This document shows, piece by piece, positions 15,123-23,092 of a DNA stretch of 30,107 bases (within the stretch, counting starts at the first letter, position 1; every line of letters begins with the position of its first letter). A program made the translations under genes and the position numbers. Below the pieces are notes generated by a model. It ran no database searches. It was given only the letters and a program-made list of their open reading frames with translations, and was not told the origin of the DNA. Location of the stretch: the IMG/VR virus record IMGVR_UViG_2698536535_000005, positions 1-30,107 of that record; one strand, 5' to 3'. The DNA is from a virus (lineage: Duplodnaviria > Heunggongvirae > Uroviricota > Caudoviricetes).

Positions 15123-16852
15123 TGTCTATGTTAGACACTGAGTTATTACATGCAGCACGTACCGAAGATCTTGAGTTGAAACAGGTCAAACAACTGGCTG
15201 TTCTTGGTGAGTTTGAAAAAGATGTTGTAGCAAAACTAAAAATAGCGGGCTCTCATCTGATTCAGGGTGCCAGAGGAATTGGAAAGTCTATGCTTCTAAG
15301 AGCGGCAGAAGCTGAATTAGATAGTGATTTTCCTGTTAAAAAGATTGTGGGGGTATATGTTAATTTCAAAACCAGTACTTTGCTGGAAGGGGTTAAAGCT
15401 GACAATAAAAATGCATTTCAGATATGGGTAAGCGCTAAGTTACTACAAGCTTTGTACGAAAAGTTGATATTTTTAGATGTCATTCGTGACAATAATAGCA
15501 GTGATCCATTTCAAAGAATTTTTGGGATTAAAACTATAACTGGAATGAAAGATGCTCTACAATCTAAAATTCATCTGCTTCAAAGGTTATCAAGAGATCC
15601 TTCTTCAGATAAATTGTTGAATGAAATTGGAGAGGATTTTTTAGATAAGGTTAATGATATAAGTTATGTAAATGACATCATCAAGGAGATAATTCAAGAA
15701 TACCAACTTAATAGAATTGTTTTTTTATTTGATGAGGCTGCTCATACCTTTATACCAGAACAGCAGGAAATATTCTTCGAAATATTTAAATTGCTTCATG
15801 GCGGTAAAATTGCAGTTAAGGCGGCTGTATATCCGTCAATTACATCGTATGGTAAAAATTTTGAAGTTGGTCAAGATGCCATGATGATAAACCTCGGAGG
15901 ATACGAAACTGGAAATATTGGGCGGGAACGAACACGACGTTTATATCGTGATCTATTAGATAAACGGGTCACACAAGGAGCAGCAAAAAAGAGAATATTG
16001 GCTAAAGGTGATTTGCTAGATCAATGTATTCATCTTTCATCCGGAAACCCTAGAGCATTTCTCCATTTATTTAATAAAGTATATGAGAAAGGTTATACTG
16101 AAAGAGATCTTTTAACTTGCACTCAGGATTATGTCAATCAAGAATTATTACCTTATCATTTAGGGCTTTCAAAACGATTACCTAAGTATTCTCACCATGT
16201 TCGCATTGGACTTGATATTCTTAGGGAGTGTATTATCCCTGAGCTTAGATTGAAAAATAACAGAGAGAAAAAGACTCAAACCCAATCTGCTTTTTTTGTT
16301 CTTCCTCCCGTTATTTCTCCAAATCTTAGATTGTCTCTAGATTTGCTTTGTTATTCTGGTGTTCTTTCCAAGCAAGGGTCCGTGAAGATGTCTAATCGAA
16401 AATCGGGTCAGCGCTACATGGTTAATTTATCATTACTTTTCACTGAAAAAGCATTCGTATCTAATAAGTTCGGGGAGATAATAACACTATTATCTCTCGC
16501 TGATTATAAAGAATTTGGCGCAGCAGATTCTGAATTAGAGCGTTTTTTAGAAAAATTGAAAGAATCAGCTGATGAGTGTCAAACTTGTTCCGCTGAGTTA
16601 CCTGGAGATGCGAAGTTTTGTCCTAAGTGTGGGACACCTGTACCAACAAGGTCAATTGTAGGACAACTTCTTGATGATCCGGTTAGTTGCTTGTCAATTA
16701 GTAACGCAATATGCGACCGAATAAAAGAAACCTATCCTAAAGTGGGTGATATCGTTCACTGTTCGAGGGATGATCTGAAAAAAATACCGTACATTAAAAA
16801 TGTTAGGTCAAAAATAATCAAGAACGCAGCGGATGAATATATCTCAGGCTAA
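15122..16852 (+). CDS. Orc1/Cdc6-like AAA+ ATPase with C-terminal zinc ribbon and HhH (RNA polymerase alpha-CTD-like) domain, component B
   Basis: 576-aa ORF; Walker A GARGIGKS, Walker B IVFLFDEAAH, sensor-2-like SGNPRAF; C-terminal CQTC-x11-CPKC zinc ribbon; last ~60 aa resemble the RpoA alpha-CTD; GAGG Shine-Dalgarno; terminator downstream. Confidence 0.8.
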   Translation: MSMLDTELLHAARTEDLELKQVKQLAVLGEFEKDVVAKLKIAGSHLIQGARGIGKSMLLRAAEAELDSDFPVKKIVGVYVNFKTSTLLEGVKADNKNAFQIWVSAKLLQALYEKLIFLDVIRDNNSSDPFQRIFGIKTITGMKDALQSKIHLLQRLSRDPSSDKLLNEIGEDFLDKVNDISYVNDIIKEIIQEYQLNRIVFLFDEAAHTFIPEQQEIFFEIFKLLHGGKIAVKAAVYPSITSYGKNFEVGQDAMMINLGGYETGNIGRERTRRLYRDLLDKRVTQGAAKKRILAKGDLLDQCIHLSSGNPRAFLHLFNKVYEKGYTERDLLTCTQDYVNQELLPYHLGLSKRLPKYSHHVRIGLDILRECIIPELRLKNNREKKTQTQSAFFVLPPVISPNLRLSLDLLCYSGVLSKQGSVKMSNRKSGQRYMVNLSLLFTEKAFVSNKFGEIITLLSLADYKEFGAADSELERFLEKLKESADECQTCSAELPGDAKFCPKCGTPVPTRSIVGQLLDDPVSCLSISNAICDRIKETYPKVGDIVHCSRDDLKKIPYIKNVRSKIIKNAADEYISG

Positions 16853-16859
16853 AGAAAAG

Positions 16860-16883
16860 CCCCATGTAAATGGGGTTTTTTTT
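16860..16883 (+). terminator. intrinsic terminator
   Basis: CCCCAT-GTAA-ATGGGG hairpin (6-bp stem, 4-nt loop) followed by T8, 8 nt after the ATPase stop codon. Confidence 0.8.
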
Positions 16884-16892
16884 AATATGGGT

Positions 16893-17284
16893 TTATACTT
16901 TTAATGCCCGCCAATGCATTAATTCAATTCTTTGTATTAAATAATTAGATCTATTATAAGCTCTTCTGACTTCATTTCTATCAATATGAGATAATGACGT
17001 CTCTATTGCATCTGAATTAAACCCTGCTTCATTTAAAGTTTTACTCGCAATAGAACGCATCCCATGGTAACTAGCTTTCCACCGTAACCAATTCATTTAA
17101 GAGCAGCATTAGCCGTTTGACTATTCATTGGTTGCATAGGATCGTTTCTGCTAGGGAATACATATTCTCGATGACTACTAATAGGTTTCATCACATCCAG
17201 AAATTCTAATGCCTGTGGAAATAAATGAGCAATGTGTTTCCGGTTAGCCTTCATCCGTTCGGTGGGAATTGCGGAGGGCAGCAT
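16893..17284 (-). pseudogene. integrase remnant (C-terminal part of a P4-type tyrosine recombinase, frameshifted and 5'-truncated)
   Basis: Two adjacent minus-strand ORFs (16893..17096, 17093..17284) together align with the C-terminal ~130 aa of the integrase at 1611..2825 (FPSRNDP vs FPGRNDP; HIDRNEVRRAYNRSNYL vs HVDKNSIRGTYNHAQYL); no N-terminal half is present. Confidence 0.7.
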
Positions 17285-17680
17285 AAATGCAGAGGGAAAT
17301 CTGCAAATCCTAGGCTGGCCTTGCCATAAAGCGAAGACGGCGCGGGAGCATACAAGATGATAATTATTATTAGTAACAAAGGGGAGGGCGGGTCAAATCT
17401 CTGTACCCCTAGCTGTTCTGGACCGCCTGCCTCGTCAAATTTTTACACCCGCAAAATTAAAAAAAATACTTCACGCTGGTGGTTATCCTTGGGCATCCAC
17501 TAGCCTTTCATCATTGACTGCTGGTGAGGCTGAGACTCGAAGAAAAAGAGTGCTAGAGAGTCGGTTTTTGCACAGTTTGGGGTAAGGGAAAATTTATTGG
17601 GGGTACATTTGGGGGTATATATAAAAATGCAATGTAAAAATGTCATTAAATATCAATGCGATTGTTGTTTGTGTTTTGTT

Positions 17681-17696
17681 CCTATTATCGCACCAT
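17681..17696. repeat. attR core: degenerate direct repeat of the thrW 3' end
   Basis: CCTATTATCGCACCAT matches tRNA positions 1429..1445 (CCTATTATCGGCACCAT) except for one deleted G. Confidence 0.6.
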
Positions 17697-18302
17697 CAAG
17701 AAAATCAATAACTTAGCTTAACTTCTCTAAGAAATTGTATCTTCTGTTATCACTTACAAACGCCTATACGTTGTTATGGGCTTTGGTAGTGTAACACGTA
17801 TGGGCGAGTAGTTCCCAGGCTCAACCTCGTAACAAGTTCCTTTGAAGCTGGAAGACGTGCCACCGTCTCTAAACCTTCTACCAAAACTCTTAGCAAGATG
17901 TTCCACACCTGGCGCGGTGTCCAATGATGCTACACGTCGAGATGACGTCGCAGAGGATAAACAGGCTAAATGATGGGAAGAGTTTTAAGTGCAATAGTGG
18001 ATTAAAGCCCACCTCTTCAAAACCTAACTTGATCGGGAAAGAATCAAGCTCTAGCACGGTTTCGTCCACCGGAGTACAACGGGTGCCTGATAAGAGAAGA
18101 ACTGCTAAGACTTCATAGCTTTTGTGAAAAAGCCCTTTTTAGTGGATATGCCTACGGCGCTTATTTTTTGGTATAACCATCAAAGGCGCTTTATGGCTCC
18201 TATTGTCTTGAAAATGTATCTTTACTTGTATTGTGTTTTATGCGTAGTCTCCCTGTGTAGTATGTAACTTGTTAATTTTCATATGAATACAGAGGCAACA
18301 CG

Positions 18303-18455
18303 ATGAAAAACATTGCAGCTATAAAACGTAATAACCGCAAGATTCACGCTCGTAAGTTCCTGTCTACGCCAGAGGGAAAAGCCTGGCTAGAGCGTAAACA
18401 GCGAGAGAACGAAGAAAGAAAACTCCTTAGTGAGTTGAAATGGCTTAAGGATTGA
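18303..18455 (+). CDS. small basic hypothetical protein (50 aa)
   Basis: MKNIAAIKRNNRKIHARKFLSTPEGKAWLERKQRENEERKLLSELKWLKD; AGAGG Shine-Dalgarno 8 nt upstream; below the ORF-track cutoff. Confidence 0.25.
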   Translation: MKNIAAIKRNNRKIHARKFLSTPEGKAWLERKQRENEERKLLSELKWLKD

Positions 18456-19005
18456 ATCACCAGTAGGCGCATAACACATCCAGCAATCAAAGATGTGTTT
18501 GTGCGCCTGATAGTGAAATTATTAAAGTTTTTTAGTTAATGTAGCCATTGCATGAACGATGATCGCTAGTGAATCGATTTTATCTCGAGGGGTAAAATAG
18601 ATGAGGTATATGATGGTAACAATTACAGCTAAAGTAATTGTGGTTCTGCAGGTTTTTAAAATGGATAAGATAAAGCGCATAGATACCCCCTATTGATTTA
18701 ACAACAACAAGGTATCATTTATTTTTTATTGCATGCAATGTGCAAATTTTCACATATAATAGCTTACTATTCACTTTGCATGGTGTCAACAAGATGATGT
18801 GTTGTTTTGTTTGATTTGTTCAAGATAATATTTCATTTTCTCATCTATATAACTTGTGTTTTAGATAATTTCACTAATTGTAAAAGTTACGTATTGCTTA
18901 ATAGCTGCCTTTTTATCTGAAATCGGCGCAAACGTGATCAATGTTTAACGCGAAGATCAGCGGCGTCAGGTCCACGCAGCGACAATTCTCAAATATCAGG
19001 AGGCA

Positions 19006-19563
19006 TTACGCTTCCTGCTCTTTCTTGATACGTTGCACCGTCTGTGTGCTGACACTGAAATCTTTTGCTACGCTCCGAATTGATCCACCATTCGCGAGAG
19101 CGGCAACAATTCCCGCTCGATCAATTGCTTTTCCATTACCACGTTTTGCTATACGTCCAGCGGCCTTAGCTGCGGCAATCCCCTCACGTTGCCGCTCAAG
19201 CATCATTTCACGTTCCATTTGTGCCACTGCTGCAAGCACTGTGAGCATCATATTCCCTGCGGGAGAGTTCTTCCCTGTCTTAAAGTCTTCTTTATGGAAA
19301 TGCACAGACACGCCGCGCTCTGTTAATTGCTCAACCGTTGCCAGTAGGTCGGCTGTATTACGGCAAAGTCGATCAATGCTGTGAACATGCAAAACATCAC
19401 CTTCACGCACATAGTTCATCATTGCCTCAAACTGTGGGCGCTGGGTATTCTTGCCTGACGCTTTATCTTCAAAGACTTTATCAAGAGTTACTCCAGCTAA
19501 TTGACGGTCTGTGTTTTGTTGGACAGTCGATACCCTAATGTATCCAATATTAGCCATTTTCAT
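19006..19563 (-). CDS. serine recombinase (resolvase/invertase family)
   Basis: 185-aa protein; N-terminal catalytic motif GYIRVSTVQQNTDRQ with the nucleophilic Ser; small-recombinase length with C-terminal HTH-like region (GGSIRSVAKDFSVSTQTVQRI). Confidence 0.85.
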   Translation of the reverse strand: MKMANIGYIRVSTVQQNTDRQLAGVTLDKVFEDKASGKNTQRPQFEAMMNYVREGDVLHVHSIDRLCRNTADLLATVEQLTERGVSVHFHKEDFKTGKNSPAGNMMLTVLAAVAQMEREMMLERQREGIAAAKAAGRIAKRGNGKAIDRAGIVAALANGGSIRSVAKDFSVSTQTVQRIKKEQEA

Positions 19564-19584
19564 TTTCCTTCTGTGTTGATTTGT

Positions 19585-19688
19585 GTGTAGTGATTATTGA
19601 TCGTGTTGATTAGGTGTGTAAAGGACTTTTTTCACTACGAAATTCGAAGGTTTTTAGTGTGGTGATTTAGCCTGCTTTATCACTACAC
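19585..19688. promoter_or_regulatory. putative res/recombination site upstream of the serine recombinase
   Basis: Four related half-sites: GTGTAGTGA (19585..19593), TCACTAC (19632..19638, inverted), GTGTGGTGA (19657..19665), TCACTACAC (19680..19688, inverted). Confidence 0.4.
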
Positions 19689-20085
19689 GTCTTGCATGAG
19701 AATCATGTAGTTATGTTTTGGTAAAATTAGCAAGCTATTAAATAGCGTGTTTATTTTGAAAAAATTAATTTTTTCAACACGTGAAAGGAACTTGTTCGAC
19801 AAATAATAGATTGATTTTTAATCAACAATTTCTGATAGTGCTCTGTAAGCCACATTACACAAGGCGCAGCGAAAGTGATGTAAAAGTGAAGAAAGCTAAC
19901 ATTGCACTTTTAAGCTACTTTTCATTGAATTTTTAGTATGGAATTACATAGGGATTAATCATCAATTAATCTTGAATTTAAGCCTGTTTTAGATGTTTAA
20001 TTTTTGATAGCAAGAAACACTTTTAGAAGATCATTGCACAGATGTTATGTGATAAATGGATGTAACGGTAGGTCACTGTGAACTA

Positions 20086-20222
20086 CCCCCCACAGAATTC
20101 TGTTATCCTTAACTTTTAAAGAAATATGCACCCTAACAGAAAACTGTTACCCCAACCCTAACAGAATTATGTTAGACACCCCCACAGAAAACTGTTAGCC
20201 ACCCCTACAGAATTTTGTTACC
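20086..20222. repeat. five palindrome-containing iterons (consensus about CCCYAACAGAAWWCTGTTA)
   Basis: Units at about 20086, 20129, 20154, 20180 and 20203; the last four tandem with a ~24-bp period; each contains ACAGAAnnCTGT-type inverted repeat (ACAGAATTCTGT is a perfect palindrome). Confidence 0.7.
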
Positions 20223-20909
20223 TATTAGATCAACTATCAAACTACAATTAAATTATCTTTTATAAATTCTTTTATCTTTAAAGAATAATTATAGGGATAC
20301 CCGTTAGGGGAGTCTTCGACTATCCCTTAATCTATTGGCATTCGCCAGAACCTTGCACAAGTTAGAGTGTTAGTCGTTAGACTGCTTGTCATAACACATA
20401 GTTTTTTGTTTGTTGATGTTAGTTAGTAGATCTATGTTCGCTAATGCCGCTCACAACGAATATGTAATCTACTATGTGCAAATAGCCTACGGCTTGCGTA
20501 AGGCTAAATAGTCTTGCGCTGTGCGCAGAACGATAATTAACTAACTACCATCTAACGATCATCAATCTATTTAAGAGAAAATCTATTGTGCAATACTCTG
20601 ACGAGTGCAATAACCTTGTGTGCTACGCGTTAGCGATGTTAGCACATAGACACAGACAACAACCAACAACAAACAAAAAAGAATGGTTTTAGTAGTTGAA
20701 GGTTAAATAAGATTCTACCGCTTAAATCAAGCCGTAGGCGAGCTAAACAGCCATTACATAAGGGAATGTATTGTTTTTATCAAAACCTCGTTAGAACGCG
20801 TTTTAGAGCGTTTTAGACAATAATAAAGAATAGCACTACACATGAGAGCACGAATTGCTAAGAAATATCATAACTTACTGAAAATCATCAATATTTATAT
20901 GGATAGGGG

Positions 20910-20938
20910 TTGACAAAAGCTTTTAGTCGTGGTAAAGT
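20910..20938 (+). promoter_or_regulatory. candidate sigma70 promoter for the rightward small-gene operon
   Basis: TTGACA (20910..20915), 17-bp spacer, TAAAGT (20933..20938), about 120 nt upstream of the 21059 ATG, which has an AGGAGG Shine-Dalgarno. Confidence 0.4.
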
Positions 20939-21058
20939 AATATTAGGGACAGAAAACATTCTTATCCTCTAAGTAATTAAACCAATGCACCGCACTTTGA
21001 AGCCCAAGGCTTGCAAGGTGTCTTTTTCTTTTAACCAAATAGAATAGGAGGTTAATTA

Positions 21059-21259
21059 ATGAAGTATTACACTCCACAGGATGTAATCGAAGCCTGGAAA
21101 CGTGGTGAGATCAATCGTTTTAAAGTAAGGATGAACAGGAACACAGCGCGACGCTGTGGTTATCCAGAGCGTGAAAAATGCTTTGACGATGCACTAAAAA
21201 TTATTGATGAATTAAGAAAAAATGAAAAAGGATCTGAAAAAGAATCTGAAACAGAGTAA
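21059..21259 (+). CDS. small hypothetical protein
   Basis: 66-aa ORF with perfect AGGAGG Shine-Dalgarno. Confidence 0.5.
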   Translation: MKYYTPQDVIEAWKRGEINRFKVRMNRNTARRCGYPEREKCFDDALKIIDELRKNEKGSEKESETE

Positions 21260-21278
21260 AGAAGAGAAGGAGAAAACT

Positions 21279-21449
21279 ATGAGCGAAACTACAGAAAAGA
21301 AAAGACAACCACGCACTTGCTTTCATATTCCTGATGAAGTATTTCAGGTGTTGTTTAAAGAAGCCAGAAGTAAACGTATCACTGTTACAGATTACATTCT
21401 TGATATGTTGAAAAGAGAGGCTGAAACACTCTCAAACAAAAGCAAGTGA
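21279..21449 (+). CDS. ribbon-helix-helix-like small DNA-binding protein (tentative)
   Basis: Start taken at the ATG preceded by AAGGAG (track ORF starts 21222 and overlaps the upstream gene); segment RTCFHIPDEVFQVLFKEARSKRITVTDYILDMLKRE fits the RHH strand-helix-helix pattern. Confidence 0.45.
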   Translation: MSETTEKKRQPRTCFHIPDEVFQVLFKEARSKRITVTDYILDMLKREAETLSNKSK

Positions 21450-21502
21450 TTTTTATCACCATAGTAGCGCCGTAGAGCGTGATTACATCAAGGAGATTTT
21501 TA

Positions 21503-22072
21503 ATGATTAATGAAGAACAATTTGTAAAAGTTCCTATGTGGATTCTAAAAATAAGCCAAGTAAACGGGCATAAATTTACAGATAGTGCTAAAAACCTTTA
21601 CTGCTATTTGAGAGGGTTTGATCGTGCATTTCCCTCTTACGCTAAGATAGGCGATGTTTTTGGCATAACACCAAGAGCAGCAGAAGAAAGGGTTAAGAAA
21701 TTGCTCGAAATGGGATTAATTATAAAAGATGCACGACCAGGAAGCTCTAACCTTTATCGAGTGCTTGATATTCCAAAAGGAGAATCATCACTACCTGATC
21801 CTTCTGAGAAAGAAGACGAATCTAATGAAATATTGAATGTTTCCGAAATCATCGTTGAAGAAGAAACACAGGAATCAGAGTTCCCTGAGCGGCCCGAAAT
21901 TTTTACTTGGCTTCTTTCCCTTGATAAGAAGAAACCACCGCACGAAGAAACAGAAGATTTTGTAAAACGTGCATTAGATTCAAAGAATATCTATCTTGAG
22001 AAACAGGCTTTTCACGATCTGATAATATCTCTAAGAGAAAAAAGTGAAATATACGATTCAATACCATTCTAA
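21503..22072 (+). CDS. winged-helix/HTH protein with acidic C-terminal region (possible replication initiator or regulator)
   Basis: Start at the ATG preceded by AGGAG (track ORF starts 21479); N-terminal PMWILK...NLYCYLRGF...IGDVFGITPRAAEERVKKLLEMGLI is HTH-like; acidic tail. Confidence 0.5.
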   Translation: MINEEQFVKVPMWILKISQVNGHKFTDSAKNLYCYLRGFDRAFPSYAKIGDVFGITPRAAEERVKKLLEMGLIIKDARPGSSNLYRVLDIPKGESSLPDPSEKEDESNEILNVSEIIVEEETQESEFPERPEIFTWLLSLDKKKPPHEETEDFVKRALDSKNIYLEKQAFHDLIISLREKSEIYDSIPF

Positions 22073-22081
22073 GGAGAATAA

Positions 22082-22351
22082 ATGACTTATAACATCACTA
22101 TAGGAAACAAAACTATTGAAATAACTGAAAGCGGATACAACATTTTAAAAGCTATTTTGGACATAGAGTTCTCACCCCCGACAGTGGTTAGCTTTTGTAG
22201 TTTAGGCGGCTACAGCGCACAACATGTGAATCATTGGTTAAACCATTTTACATCGTTCGGTGTGCTGGATTATGAAGGGATTAACCACACTACATTTCGT
22301 CTTTTGAAATTAAACAAAGATTTTGAATTGTTTATCACAAACAATCAATAA
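22082..22351 (+). CDS. hypothetical protein
   Basis: 89-aa ORF with AAGGAG Shine-Dalgarno. Confidence 0.5.
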   Translation: MTYNITIGNKTIEITESGYNILKAILDIEFSPPTVVSFCSLGGYSAQHVNHWLNHFTSFGVLDYEGINHTTFRLLKLNKDFELFITNNQ

Positions 22352-22447
22352 CAACAGATCGGGCAATACATATGGCAAATGCATTTATGGCGATATTCAT
22401 CGTAACAATGGTATCAAGTTTTTATAATCCACATAAAAAGAAGGAAA

Positions 22448-22831
22448 ATGGGAAGAAAGAAAAAGAACAACTTAAAACGTATTGAAAAAAACAGTAACTT
22501 CAATTCAACAAGACAACGTCCACCGACACACACCAATAACGAAATTCCAGGGGAAGAGATAATATTTATTCTTGAAACAGAATCCCCTGAATTAAGCGAT
22601 GAAGAACAAGAAATAATCAAATCAATGCCAGGCGTTTACTTTCGCCCAAGAACAAGAAAACAAACAATAATTTCTGATGGCACTCTGAAACGTTGGCAGC
22701 TTTTAGGGTTTAGCTCCTATCATCATTTTTTGGGATTTAACGCTTTCAATAATTGTGTAGGTGGTGCATCGGAAGTCGATCTGATGGCTCATTTAGAAGA
22801 TACATTAGCTTCTAACAAACGCTCTAACTAA
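22448..22831 (+). CDS. hypothetical protein
   Basis: 127-aa ORF with AAGGAA Shine-Dalgarno; basic N-terminus. Confidence 0.5.
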   Translation: MGRKKKNNLKRIEKNSNFNSTRQRPPTHTNNEIPGEEIIFILETESPELSDEEQEIIKSMPGVYFRPRTRKQTIISDGTLKRWQLLGFSSYHHFLGFNAFNNCVGGASEVDLMAHLEDTLASNKRSN

Positions 22832-22846
22832 TAAAAGGATGGTCGT

Positions 22847-23092
22847 ATGTATAAGCGCCCAATGAAAATATTCGAAAAAGGAAAAATAATGATTGGCTAT
22901 ATTCAAGAAACACAATTATTTCAGATGATCCTGTCTGATGCAAAAAACTATGCTGAGTTAATCCGACTGGCAAAAGAAACAGAAGACTACGAAGCATTAG
23001 AGCGTTATCGTGATGAAGTGCTGACGCTCAAGACACCTTTTAACATCGTATTGAATATGATTAATGATGCATTACAAGGAGAAGCCGCATAA
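22847..23092 (+). CDS. hypothetical protein
   Basis: 81-aa ORF with AAGGA Shine-Dalgarno. Confidence 0.45.
   Translation: MYKRPMKIFEKGKIMIGYIQETQLFQMILSDAKNYAELIRLAKETEDYEALERYRDEVLTLKTPFNIVLNMINDALQGEAA

Larger units (their letters stand above)
1429..17696 (+). mobile_element. integrative element inserted in the 3' end of thrW (P4-type integrase, AlpA, primase; PICI/CP4-like architecture) with cargo
   Basis: Integrase immediately downstream of the tRNA; the tRNA 3' end CCTATTATCGGCACCAT (1429..1445) recurs with one deleted base as CCTATTATCGCACCAT at 17681..17696; most DNA in between is AT-rich by eye and carries phage-type genes. Confidence 0.6.

Noticed and set aside
17924-18118. ORF 17924..18118
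   Set aside because: No Shine-Dalgarno, Ser-rich product, and located in DNA just beyond attR that looks non-coding.
18941-19538. Plus-strand ORFs 18941..19384 and 19338..19538
   Set aside because: Antisense to the serine recombinase, which carries the unambiguous catalytic motif.
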